Shown: in pieces, positions 27,701 to 41,362 of the stretch
Layout: each line of letters begins with the position of its first letter
Position numbering within the stretch: the first letter of the stretch is position 1
Origin: Octopus vulgaris
Taxonomy: Eukaryota
Reading direction: 5' to 3'
Length of the DNA: 64,000 nucleotides
NCBI GenBank assembly: GCA_951406725.2
Contig: OX597825.1
Coordinates: 4,650,001-4,714,000 of the forward strand
Notes under the pieces: model-generated
The model's database searches: none
What the model saw: only the letters and a program-made list of their open reading frames with translations
Told to the model about the DNA's origin: nothing
Program-made: the position numbers and the translations under genes

Positions 27701-28879
27701 AGCAGAGCAATAGGAACAAGAACAACAACAGTAATGGTAGTAAGAACAGCAATGACCAAAAATGGGAGAAAAACAACAAACAACGAGGACAACAACAGCA
27801 AGAACAACAGCAATAGTGGCAAGAACAGCAAAGACCAAAAATGGAGGGAAAACAACAAACAACGATGACAACAACAACAACATCACCAAGAACGACAATA
27901 TTGCAAATAGCATGCATGTCCGCCGCCATAACAAATTAGTTCGGCGTCGACGATACGACGTCACGATGCTAATAATAAAATAAGAGCTATAAATTTATAT
28001 AGTGTTTAAACAGTTTAAAACATGAATATGTATGAATAGATCCAATTAAGAAACGATGTCATTATTTTAGAGAAAATTTCCATCAAGATTCTTCTATTCG
28101 GAATTTGCTGTTTCTTTGGCTTCCTCTTCGTTTGTTAACTAAAAAGAAAATGCAATTAGATATATGCGTTGCGGATGGTGATGGTGATGGTGATGGCTAC
28201 TATGCAGGAGGAGGAGAAGGAGGAGGAGGCGGAGACAGAGGAAGAGGAGGAGGAGGAAGCTTGGTGGTTGTTTTGAAGAAAGGAGGAACGGATTAGAGTA
28301 TTCCGCAGTTACTTTATTTGCAACATACTGCTTGTGTGTTTATGTCTTTTGCTGCTGTTGTTGTTGTTGTTGTTGTTGTTGTGGTGGTGGTGGTGGTGGT
28401 GGTGGTGGTGGTGGTGGTGGTGGTTGTTAGACTTAGGCGGGGCAGAAAGGTTCGGAAAGGTGTGTAGGGGATTGGTGAGGAGGTAGAGGTGGAAATTTCT
28501 CTGGATTACTGGTTTCTTTTGCTAATTTCTACTTGTGTTTGTTTTCGCATTTTTGGTGCTGTTTGCTGCCGTTGTCTTCTTGCTACAACTATAGAGGCTT
28601 CTGCTGCTGCTACTGCTGCTGCTACTGCTGCTGTTTTTGTTGTTGTTTGCTGCAACTATTGCATTTTTTGGTGATGTTTATGTTTAGTTCTAGATCAACC
28701 CTGCTCTTGCAGACGTTTGGTAAAATCCATTCCATCTACGACCATCTAACCATTTTCTAGAAGGTCCAATGAGTTCTTTCCTAAGTTAAGACGGCAGGTA
28801 TACTGAGATCTGTAAGAAATTTGGTGGCTTCAAAAACTTATTATTATTATTAGCATTATTATTATTATTAATAATAATA

Positions 28880-29474
28880 ATATAGACGTCGCACAGTATA
28901 CAATATCGTGAGGTTGATGATTGAAGATATTGTGTTTGCCGGGCCTTGTACAGTTTGTCAAGCCACAATAAGGACCTTAGACAGTCAGTACATTCTGCAA
29001 TATGCGTGCAATTCCAAGTAATGCCGACTTTTGCAATATATCTAGATTTTAGGGTATTTCTAAGGTTTTCAGATGTCTCTTTCAGATTGCTCCGATGTCA
29101 ATAGGGATAACATTTATGTTTGATTCTCGTAGCTGCCACGTCTTAGCAATTTCAATCCTCAGGTCTCCATATTTATCAATCTTTTCTCTTTCTTTCATGA
29201 CGATATGTTGATCTCCTGGCACTGCCACGTCGATTACTAATTAGGCAATCTTGTTTGTCCCTCCTAAAGATTACTATATCCGGCCTTCGGAGGTCTAACA
29301 CCATGTCTGTCTGGAAATGAAAGACCGAGAGGAGTTTTTTCCTTCCCCTTTTCGTTCATTACCTTTTCAGGTGTTTGTTGGTACCAAGCACCCGTCAACT
29401 TATATCCCTACGGCATAGCAGCCAGTGGAGGTTTTGGGGTATTTCGTCGTGTTTACGCTTGTACTCTTTCTGCG

Positions 29475-29476
<2 letters not shown>
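28880..29476 (-). mobile_element. R4/Dong-clade non-LTR retrotransposon 3' fragment (RLE domain) between (TAA)n tracts
   Basis: Minus strand: AQKEYKRKHD..LHWLLC, QTD..RRPDIVI, VIDVAVPGDQHIVMKEREKIDKYGDLRIEIAKTW, LQKSALLGIARILQNVL. TTA/TAA repeats at 28838-28881 and 29477-29580. Confidence 0.9.
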
Positions 29477-29531
<55 letters not shown>

Positions 29532-31888
29532 CATTATTATCATTATTATTATTATTATCATTATTATTATTATTATTATTTAGCCACAGGTCAAACCTTA
29601 ATGAGTAGTGCAACACTCAGAGGCATTCCATCAAGTTCCTTATCTCTTCTTCCGAATCATTAACATCTGAAACACCTTATCCAATCATATTCCTAGAATT
29701 TAATTGCTATTTCTAGAAGGTCAAGTCACCACATAGATGCTCCCTCGCTGGCTTCTTACTCTTGTTGCTATTTAATAAGGCTAGTGTTGTTTGTTGTTGT
29801 TGCTGATGTTCGCGTTGTCTTTGGTTGTTCCTACATCTTTGATATTGTTTCTATTGTTTGTACCACAGATGTCGCTGCTACTGTTGTTGTTGTTGTTGTT
29901 GTTGTTGTTAAGCAACAAGACAGGTAAGGGTGATTAGGTGATGGTCTAGGGTTTAGGGGCGGGAGACCCCAGACCTTGAAAGGAAAAAAAAACTTTGCTC
30001 GTCTTGTTGTAGTCGAGGGCTCTTCGTTGACACCCGACACCACTGGGAGGTGGCCCTCGAAGTCGCTGGAAATGGAGATCTCCAGGCCCAAATTCTTGAA
30101 CGGCTACAGCTGCTGCTGCTGCCGATGATGATTATGATGGTGATGATGATGATGATGATGACGCTACCGTTATTCCTACTTTTGTTGTTGCCGTGGCTTC
30201 TCTTGTCATTGGTGTGGGCTTTTATCTTGCAGTCACTGATTTTGTTGTGGCTTTCAATATTGTTGTTGTTGTTGCATTTAATATTTTTCCTTTTGTTTTG
30301 TTGTGATTTTTGTTTGTTGGCTGTTGTTGTTGTTGCTGGTGCTGGTGCTGGAGATGGTGGTAGTGATGCTAATGTTATTGCTGCTGGTAATATGCTGTTG
30401 GTTGTGTGCCGATGGTGATATTGGTGATGGTGGTACTTGTGACAGTGGATGCGCTGGTAATGGTGGTTGTGGCGCTAGTGATGGTGATGGTTGTGGTGGT
30501 CGTTGTCTTCGTCGTCGACATGGTGCTGCTGTTGTTGCTTCGGCTGCGGTTACTGCTGCTGCTGATGTGCATTTAGTAGTGCAGCTGCTTGTGGTGTGCC
30601 GATGAGGAAGCCGCTGGTGATGTGCAGATGATGACGGTGGTGTGGAAGCTGCAGTTCTGCTAATAATTCTTCGCTCTTTCTTCTCCACTTTCTCCTCACA
30701 TCAGTTCTAACAAGTCACTAAGTATTTAAATTTTCCTAATCCACTCACCGACTGAGTACGTCATAATTATATTAAGTAGACCCACCAACTCTACCACCAG
30801 CGCCATCTGCCGACAAGATTGCATAGAATCTGTCAAGAGCCTGATACATTTTGCAGTGATTGGAAAATGACAAAATTATAAATTGAAAGAAATGAATATG
30901 TACACAAGAAATTCAACTTTTGCAAAATTATCATCACGTGCACTGGATTCTTTAAGTGAAACGTTTCTTTTAAACCCTCCGCAGAATTTTCCCGTAAAAA
31001 TCATATTATAAAGAGAATAAATTCGATTTACTGTCCGTTACATGTGTGGAGCAATATTTGTGTATGTAATAACAAATTTATGCATTCAATCTCGCCTGAA
31101 AAAAAAGAAATTAGACTTATCTGCATATTTGTTTATTCATTTGAAAAATGCGGTTTATTCTATGTTCTAGAAGGTTTTATATGCGAGAAAATATTATATA
31201 TATAATTGCAAATGTCTCTTCCATTAACGCGGGAAGAACATCTAAGGGGTTATCGAATTTGTTAGAAATAGCACACAATATTCTTCCATATGGCACTCTG
31301 TTGGATTTAAAGTCACACAAATATCTTGGATTCTGCATTCCTTGATAATCTATACACAAAAGCTAGTTAAAATAGATATCATTGGAAAGCCTCCATTAAT
31401 AGACTGGCTTAGATGGGATAAAATCTCAAAAACGTCTCCACAAATTGATATACAACTGAGATTCAGTTATAATTTGTGAATGCAGGTGAATCAAGAAAGC
31501 AATTGACAGGGCCATTAGAATAATGAGCAAGCTGTTGCGTTTGTCACCCCAAATTCGACGGAGATCAAACTTTCTCCTAGGACGGATAATCTAAAATCAC
31601 TAAACCATAGCAGTGAACTGGTAAAAACACTCTTGGCTTAAAGGCTTTACAATCTTTAATCCGGCAGGTTTGGCACTATTTTGATGTTAGTTATTAAGCA
31701 GGGGTAGTCGGCTACGTGACAATACGTGCTCGTTTCATAAAATTGTCCCTTCCGAAAATTCCATGTTAATTGTCACTAAATGCATATTCTGGATCTGTAC
31801 TCATAGTTAATCCTTTAACACCAATTACGTGTGTGAGGGAGGGTATGTATGTGTTTGAATGTTTATCTATATATATATGTACACAGTT

Positions 31889-32082
31889 TTATTAAAGCTG
31901 CAAAAACACCACAAGAACTGTTACTCTGAGTTTCACGTTCCCGATCGTTGGACAGTTGTGATCAAGACTGTACGACGAACGGGAACGTGAAACTCTGAAT
32001 AATAAGTTTTATGATGTTTTTTTTTTTAGCTTTAATAAGAATGCGCACTACTCTAACTTCGGTAATCGAGTACTATTTTCCC

Positions 32083-32088
<6 letters not shown>
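31889..32088 (+). mobile_element. Short Penelope-like fold-back with HHR-like motif in both arms, tail ending in (TA)n
   Basis: Arms 31889-31956 / 31967-32038. The two-arm consensus is ACTGT-CCGACGA-ACG-ggaa-CGT-GAAAC-TC-w-GA-GTA-ACAGT. Confidence 0.7.
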
Positions 32089-32137
<49 letters not shown>

Positions 32138-32792
32138 TTAAATCAGGAATGCGTACGTAAACAGAAAAGCAAAAGTGTGTTTCATACAGAGGTTTCAGAG
32201 AGAGATATATTGTCAAGTCGATTCACTCAATTTAAAAAAGAGAGAGAGAGAGAGAGAGAAATCGACGCACATGTATTAAATTAGAACATACGTGTGTCAT
32301 ACCGGGATACAATTGTATTTCTGAAATGTGACTCTGGTCATAGACAGACGTTCATAACCGCAGTCAACCGGAAGTAAATAAAAGAAATGCAAATTTTATG
32401 CTTATCGTATGTATTCTTGATAATACAAAACAGGTGAGAAGCATTTAGAATTCTTTGAAAACTTTAAAGTATTTAAATTTCCAAATATTTACGAGTGAAA
32501 TATTTGCTGCAGTGTCTGTATAATCGGGTAAATTTGAATTATCCGCATATATTTTCGGCTAAAAATGGTGCTGTTTGTGCCTCGTTATATGAAACCAGTT
32601 TAGCAGAAACAAAATTGTGTCCGGTTGAACATGTTTCCTCTAATTTGATATTTTCTTCTACCCGATTAGTATAATATATTAAGCTTATTTATATGTGTGC
32701 CTATGTGCGCGTATATCTGTGTATGTATATGAATATGTATATGTGAGTGTATGTATGTGCATGTATATATATAAATATATGTATATATGAAA

Positions 32793-33368
32793 CTGGCATT
32801 CTGCCGGTTATGACGAAGAGAGATCCGGTTGATCCAATAAACGGAACAGCCTGCTCGTGAAATTAACGTACCAATGGCTGAGTACTCCACAGACACAGAT
32901 ACCTATTCTTTATTACCCACAAGGGGTTAAACATAGAGGAGACAAACAAAGACAGGCATAGGTCTTAAGTCGATTACATCGACCCCAGTGCGTAAAAGGT
33001 ACTTAAGCTCAGAACGTAGAGACAGATGAAATACCTATTTCTTTACTACCCACAAGGGGCTAAACACAGAGAGGACAAACAAGGACAGACATAGGTATTA
33101 AGTCGACTATATCGACCCCTAGTGCGTAACTGGTACTTATTTAATCGACCCCGAAAGGATGAAAGGCAAAGTCGACCTCGGCGGGATTTGAACTCACAAC
33201 GTAACGGCAGACGAAATACCGCTCAGCATTTCGCCCGGCGCGCTAACGCTTCTGCCAGCTCCACAGACACAGATGCCATTAACGTAGATCTCAGGGGGAT
33301 TTAGCGTTACACAGAATGATACAAGGCTGGCCCTCTGAAATACAGGTACTACTCATTTTTGCTAGCTG
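32793..33368 (-). mobile_element. Family-A SINE (3' part) interrupted by a family-B SINE (32901-33258) with duplicated tail
   Basis: CTCCACAGACACAGAT is duplicated at 32885-32900 and 33259-33274. The inner element is the reverse complement of 40789-41050, and the outer pieces are colinear with 21512-21700. Confidence 0.88.
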
Positions 33369-33796
33369 TATGCATACACACACATACGCACGCATGTATG
33401 TATATATTTATGTAGGTATATACTAGTGAGTGGGTAAACGAAAGACCGTGGCACTCAACCCATCAGGTAGAAATTAGATTCAGCTCCATGCATATTCAAG
33501 AGTCAGAGGCTCGCTCATCGAACCTAACTCCTCCGGTGAAGAGATCTGAATGGATAGGGTCCAATATGGCTTCTGGAATTTGGCTGCTTTTGGCCAACAC
33601 GAGTGACATGGTGTTGCTATCATAGTATTATCGACATTGAATCGACAACAGTTTGGACAGGATGTTGATGTTCACTGCCGTGTGAGTGTGAGGATATAAG
33701 GTTTTGTATCGCGTGTGCGTAAATGGACATGAATGCTTTTGTGTGCTGATCATACGATACTTAAATAGACGTATACATACAAACGCACGTGCACGT

Positions 33797-33896
<100 letters not shown>

Positions 33897-34083
33897 TTGG
33901 ATGGATGAATGGATGGATGGATGGTTGGATGAACGGATGAAAATACGGAGACAGACAGACAGGCCTGACAGACAGACAGACAGACTGACAAATAGATAGA
34001 TGGATAGATAGAGAGAGAGAGAGTGAGAGAGAGAGAGATAGATACAGAGAGAGAGATAGTTAGTTAGATAGATAGATAGATAT

Positions 34084-34184
<101 letters not shown>

Positions 34185-34419
34185 CAGATAGATGGATGAA
34201 TGGATAGCGGTGTATCTGTGCCGGAGCTATTTAAGCTCGATTAGAAGGATACGTCAGGTTGGGTTAGTGAAGAAATTAACAACTGCAACATTGCAGAAAG
34301 CTGATTGAAGCCGTTCTTCCGTATTTTATTGACAGATCGCAACAATATCAACCATTGCCTGCAAGCTAATGAAATACACAAATGCTTCCAACAGAAACAA
34401 GAACAACAAATATAACGGG

Positions 34420-35345
34420 AACAGTCACCATCACCGTCGTCGTCGTCATCATCATCATCATCCTCACCAGCGCCTGCGACAGTACCACCACCACCTGCAT
34501 CAATATCATCATAGTCGTCTTTATCATTTTCATCATCAGCAGCATCATCATCATCAGTAGCATTATCCACCCTATTGCTGAGCCTTGTTAACTTCATGAT
34601 CATCATCCACATCTTCTTCTTCTTCTTCTTCTTCTTCTTCTTCTTCTTCTTCGTCTTCTTCATCATCATCATCATCTTCTTCTTCTTCTTCTTCTTCTTC
34701 TACCTCTTCTACTTCTTCTACTTCTTCTACTTCTCCTCCTACTCCTTCTTCTTCTTCTTCTTCTTCATCATCATCATCTTCTTCTTCTTCTACTACTCCT
34801 TCTTCTTCTTCTTCTTCTTCTTCTTCTTCTTCTTCTACTACTACTTCTTCTTCTTCTCCTCCTCCTTCTTCTTCATCGTCGTCATTGTCATCAGCGTCAT
34901 TGTCATCAGTATCATCAATCATCATCATCATCACCACCATCATCGTCATTATCATCATCATCATCATCATCATCATCACCATCATCGTCGTCGTCATCAT
35001 TCTCAGGCCCATCATCATCATCATCATCATCACCTTCAATATCATCGTCAGCATCATCATCCATCGCACGTTGCATTCCTTGGCAGCCTCATGTTTCAAC
35101 CAATATTGCAATCACCGTCGCCGTCACCGCCATCTTGATCATTATTATCAGCATCACCATCATCGTAACCATGACCACCGATCCACTTCTCACGCGGTCA
35201 CCAGCATCATCAGTCTCCCCATCGCCATCATCTGCAGCGAAGGCATGATTGATGATTAGGATGTTCGATATCGTCATCGTCGTCGTCGTTCTTGCCGCGC
35301 TCGAGATGATGATCAAGATGGTGATGACGATGACAACTACGGTGA
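34420..35345. repeat. (CAT)n/(CTT)n triplet low-complexity tract
   Basis: Directly visible. Confidence 0.9.
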
Positions 35346-35748
35346 GGATTGAATTATGTTCCCTTCCAAATTGTAGGATTGTTCACGATTCGTATATATG
35401 ACTGTCGTCATCACACACATATACACAAACACACACTCTCAGACACATACCACACACAGACACACACACACGCTCAAACGTAGATATTACACATATATAT
35501 TTATATATATATATATACCGCACACTCTGATGTAAAGTTTCAAAATATTATATACTGTCATAACAATTTTAACACTTCACATTGCTTATATACATGTCCC
35601 ACAAATATATACATACACACACACACACTAACACAAACACATGCATATGCACGCACACGTACACACATATACATATAATTATATATTTTGTACATAATAC
35701 ATATATAATCATGTGAATATCGTAAATATATGAATTTACAGTACATAC

Positions 35749-35801
<53 letters not shown>

Positions 35802-37689
35802 TAATATTTGAATATATACATATATACTTACATATATGTACATACCTACATATATGTATATATACAAGCATATCTGGGTACAGGACATCTATGTCTTTTC
35901 TAATGTTTTCGTTTCTCTTTGTGTCTACGTTTTTTTCATGTCCTGTACGCATATATGCATGTTTATATACAAATATATGTAGGTATGTACTTATATATAT
36001 GTATATATGCATATATTTATATATCATTTATATTATTATATGATCGAACGTCACGCATCCTTTTCCAATTATATATATATTAGCAGCAGTATTAGTAGTG
36101 CATGAGGGTTTATATATTAATATCATTTATAATAACTTAGCATATGTATGGTGAAGAATGAGAATGAAAAATGACATATTATCAATACTTTCTGGTAGAT
36201 TTGAACATGAATTTGATAATCGCTGTTTTATGTCTTTTCCAGTTCACAATACGCTTGTTTCATTGACGCAATGGACTTTTAATTCACTGTTTTTTCGACC
36301 TGGCTGTTCTTCTTCAGTCAAACAACCACTCATCAATGACTCTTAGCAAGTTTTCGGTCCCTTATTTATAAAATTTAATAAAGAAATCATTTGTTGATTC
36401 GTGCTGATGTCTACCAGCCGATAATAATTTACCATTGGACTCATAATTTCAGAGCAAATTTCAGTGCGTTCAAAGAGATGACTTTTAGAAAGGATCAGAA
36501 ACAATAACTTTCAATTAAGGAAAACTGCAGCCTGTTTTGTAATCTAGTAAATCAGTTAAGTAGAACATTACTGTTGTTCCAACGCCGAACACTGATAGCT
36601 TTTACAATGCTGGAATACCTACTTTACAGAAAATCTGGTTATGGCATACTCCACTTAGTAAAATTTTTATAGTTTTGCCCCTGGTAAGAAGAACGTACGC
36701 CCCACAATCTATATTTTAACTCGAGTAAAATTTAATTCTTTTTTAATCAGGACATGGGTTTGATATTTTTGGAAGTAATATATTTTGTATTTTTTTTGTA
36801 TCATGTATTTAATATATGTAACACTACCACTTGTGGATGTTAACATTTACAGATGCAGAAGACATACATTTTACTGTATTGCACTTATTGGATATAACTA
36901 TAAAGAAAGTTTGGCCTGCAAGTGAAGGTAGTAATGCGAAAGGAGTCTTAGAGATATTACGTTCGACGTTTCACAAATGTTTTATGCAGAATGAAAATAT
37001 TAGCCATACTGAAGATCATTTAAGCTTGCACAGCTCAAAGTTAGAAAAATGCACGATGATAAAAGTAAAATGAGTTCAAGTGCACGAGTAGGTACTCCAT
37101 TACTTGCAAGGCGTTGTTTCTTCATTGATCCACAATAATGCATAACATGAAGAGTCTCCTGATGTGTGGATCAACGATCAGAGTGGGCGTAAAATTCCGA
37201 TAAACACGATTCCCATTCAAGCAAGAGAAAACGTATTTCATGTTTATTCTTTAAAGAGTTTTCTTCAAAAGTATTTACGTATTTGCATTTGTTTTATAAT
37301 GATTGCTTTCATGCATACAAGTAGTTGTTTTAATTTTTTTCACATGAAACTCCGCAGAAACGGGTCTCATTTATAAAATAGGTTTACACACCATTGTTTT
37401 CATTTAATATTGCCCCATATGAGTATATTAATTTAGTTTTAATCTGGTCGGCTTTTGCATAAATCAGCAAATGATACTGCAAAAGATAATTACTATCAAC
37501 TTTCGACCATTCCTACCGAAGGTGGCTTTTTAACCTAATGTTATAATGTTATTTATAGCTTTATCTACTTTGAGCTTAATCATTAAACACGATACAAACA
37601 TACACACACACACACACACGCACACACACATACACACACACACACACACATACACACATACACACACAGATATATATACATATATACTT

Positions 37690-37850
37690 TTAAAAAACAC
37701 GGAGAAAAAGGAACACATGCAAAGTATTAATCATATTCTCAGAGAAGGAAAAGAGTGGTTGTTTTACGTTTCGAGCATAGCCCTTCTCCGGAAAGAGGAG
37801 ACAGGAAAGTTCAAAAGAAATGGAAAAAGGAGGGAAAAATCGCCAACAGT
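37690..37850 (-). mobile_element. Penelope-like pLTR fragment (same family as 20315-20510) with minimal HHR-like motif
   Basis: Minus strand 37761-37794: TTT-CCGGAGA-A-GGGC-tat-GCTC-GAAAC-GTA-AAAC, with palindromic ACGT as stem III. Confidence 0.6.
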
Positions 37851-38039
37851 CCCCGTGTATATATACAAACATGGATGTGCGTTTGTTCTAGTGGCCAATG
37901 TATGTACATAAACGCATGTATGGATTTTTATGGGGTTTTTATACCACCGTTTTCAACTATGTAGCAAACATGTGAAAATCACACAAAATATGTCTACACA
38001 CGATATAAAATATGGTCTGACATAAACTTCACCAATGAT

Positions 38040-38400
38040 ATGGAAATAAGACAGACATCCGACTTACTAAATTATAGCATACAATAGAGATAAAAATAAT
38101 TTATGAATTTGAATACAAAGATACTCTCAAGGCAAACTTGGAAAGTCTATGAGAGCAGTTTATTTGGAAGCATCCAGCTGGAGACAACCATCTGACACGC
38201 AGTGTGGTTTTCTAATCTGGAATACACCACTCAGAATCAGAAATGATCAGAGAAACTAAAAGAATGGGTCCTAACTCTGCTTTTACGTGTCCCCTCTGTA
38301 AACGTGGATTTTATGTCAATATCTGTTTAATTAGACACCTCAAGAATCACGGAGAGTAAAGCTGCTAATCTAGTCATGTCCGGTGTCGAAGGGCCACAGA
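38040..38400 (+). mobile_element. RTE (BovB-like) LINE 3' end, degraded
   Basis: YKDTLKANL and terminal FTCPLCKRGFYVNICLIRHLKNH zinc-finger-like motif, typical of RTE C-termini. Confidence 0.6.
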
Positions 38401-38496
38401 ACAAGGTGAATTGAACTGCTTTGTGTGTATGTATGTATGTATGTATGTAAGGCGTGTATGTATGTATGTATGTAAGGCGTGTATGTATGCATGTGA

Positions 38497-38682
38497 AGGG
38501 ACGTGGCTCAGTGGGTAGGGTTTTCAGATCAAGATCGTGCCGCGTTGAACCTCTCTCAGATTAACGTTAAGGGTACGCGTGTCTCTGGAGCACTCAGCCA
38601 CTTCCACTTTAATTTTACGTGCTGCTTGTTCCGTTGATCTCATCAATTAGAAACCTCGACGTCGTAACCAACAGAATGCCAG
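38497..38682 (+). mobile_element. Family-A SINE, internally deleted
   Basis: GTGGCTCAGTGGGTAGGG head joined to ACGTTAAGGGTACGCGTGTC...GTCGTAACC tail, as in 22898-23285. Confidence 0.7.
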
Positions 38683-39077
38683 CTATACATGCATACATCT
38701 GTGTGTGTGTGTATGTGTGGTAAGTATGCATGTAGATAATTGAATATGCGTAGTATGTGCATGGACTTTGATGGTACGTTCCTATACACTCATCAATATT
38801 AGTACACATGACAACATCAGTGAAACTGCAATCATTAGAATCTTTACAACAGTGTCAAGGAAATGAGACATGCAGCTCGGGTCACTGGCAACACAGTATA
38901 TTATACTACTATAGCAACAGTAAGCCAAATAAGGACTAAAGGAGGAGTGCTTGGAGGGCGGCAATTCACTCCTTAAGTGTGGGTATGTGCGTAACTTTCT
39001 GTTGCTATGCATGTATACGTGTGTATCTCCAGGCATACATCTATCAATATATATATATTTATATATATACATGCATG

Positions 39078-39125
<48 letters not shown>

Positions 39126-39471
39126 TATATATATATATGCTTGTATGTATATATGAATGTAGAGGTGTGTATATGTGCTTGCGCATGTTCATGTGTATAA
39201 GTATATACGTATACAAGTGCAAGATGAAACCTTCAGCAAGACATTCATCATTGCCGTAACACTGTCAGCGAGATCGATGTTATCACATATTATATTAATA
39301 CCCATTCGATGGCCTCATTCAATGTTTCACAGTTCGGCACCAGTATGTCTAAACACTTCTCACTCCATCTTCGTTTGGTCTTCGATAATCTCAAAATATA
39401 ATTGCGTATATTCGACACCTCAACCATGCCAATAAACTCGTATACGAATATGTGACTACATATATATATAT

Positions 39472-39539
<68 letters not shown>

Positions 39540-39921
39540 TCACACACAGATATCTATGTATGATAATATACGGTATGTATGTAAGTATTTCTGTATGTAA
39601 TGTATATTATGTCTTAGGCATAAATTTATGCGCGTATGAGTGTATGTATCTAGATATGTACTTGTCGAATGTTAAGTATAGTGATAGAGTCATCGCTTGA
39701 TTGATGGATTATAAATCATTCTTTAATCGTACCATTCCATCTAGCAATTCGCGCGTGCTTCTATACATGCACACGGTAACATATCTTTGCTTATAGTCAG
39801 ATATACGTATAAGGCTATATAGATAGATATTATATATATATATATACATACATACATACATACATACATACATACATACACGAATGCATATGCAAGCAAA
39901 GGCATGCTCCAACATATATCA

Positions 39922-39958
<37 letters not shown>

Positions 39959-40155
39959 GTATACATATGCACGTATATATATATATATGTGTGTATGTAT
40001 TTATACATACATATATGTATATATATATTTATGTGTGTATGTATGTTTATATTTGTGTGTGTATTTGTCTGTGTTTGTATGTATATAGCATCTGTATGTA
40101 TACATAAATGTATAGAAACTGGCAAAGCTAAACACTCTTAAATACATATACATTT

Positions 40156-40204
<49 letters not shown>

Positions 40205-40788
40205 ATGTATGTATATATACACACAAATATAGATATATACAAATATATATGTATACTCACACACACACGCACATATACCCATATACATACAGTTAGTGGT
40301 TCATTGCATTCGCTTAGCAAATATTTTTCACGAAACTTGTTAATATTTTTTATCTCCTTTAATGATAACCGATTGTTGACCTTTACTTCGAAATTTTAGA
40401 GACCTACTCGGAAACCTTAGGATTTCAGATACGCCATCAAGTCTAATCCTTCCACCTGGTAATGCGTTTTCCGTGTTAATGCTCTGCGCTGAAACTTTAT
40501 ACCCGCTTTCTTGGAAAACATTGAATTTTAAAATATATTAAGAAAATGCAAGAAACTTTTTTGTCCTTATAATAGTAAGGAAATATATATATAAGTTATT
40601 TTCATATTGTATCTGTATATATGCATGTGTGTGGGTAGATACTTTTTTGTATGTGGATATATGTGGGTTACTATGTGTCATTAATTTCTAGACTCACGTT
40701 TCGCCGTTACCCGTCGTTCTTAAACTTCCAACTCAATCTCTCTCCATAAATTCTTCAGCAGTAGTTTCACAATATTTTAACGGCAAAG

Positions 40789-41049
40789 GGTGGCAAGCTG
40801 GCAGAAACGTTAGTACGCCGGGCGAAATGCTTCGCGGTATTTCGTTTGCCGTTACGTTCTGAGTTCAAATTCCGCCGAGGTCAACTTTGCCTTTCATCTT
40901 TTCAGGGTCGATAAATTAAGTACCAGCTACGCACTGGGGTCGATATAATCGACTTAATCCGTTTGTCTGTCCTTGTTTGTCCTCTCTGTGTTTAGCCCCT
41001 TGTGGGTAGTAAAAAAACAGGTATTTCGTTTGCCGCTATGTTCTGAGTA
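40789..41049 (+). mobile_element. Family-B tRNA-related SINE, near full length
   Basis: GCTGGCAGAAACGTTAG head and B-box-like GAGTTCAAATTCC (40861-40873); many copies in this window. Confidence 0.85.
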
Positions 41050-41362
41050 GAAGGTGTTTATAAACCATTTGAAAACACACAAAAACCGTTATATACACTT
41101 CAGCACTTAAATTTAATTTGTGAAAATATTTTCGTTGCTTTGAGACCGCGACCTGTTCACTGACTACCTTCCGTGCAGTGAACAGGTCACGGTCTCAAAG
41201 CGACGAAAATATTTTCACAAATTAAATTTAAATGTTGAAGTGCATCTTACGGTTTTTGTATGTTTCAAATGGTTTATAAACACCTTCCATGCTGCAATTG
41301 TTTTTGTTTCAGCACACGATCTCAGATCAGCTCACTTGCTATGCAAGTGCATCTCCGTAATG
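41050..41362 (+). mobile_element. Penelope-like fold-back with G3:C8 HHR-like motif in both arms, tail ending in (TA)n
   Basis: Arms 41050-41162 / 41176-41287. Consensus GTGAACA-G-GTCGC-ggtctcaaa-GCGAC-GAA-AATATT-T. Confidence 0.72.
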
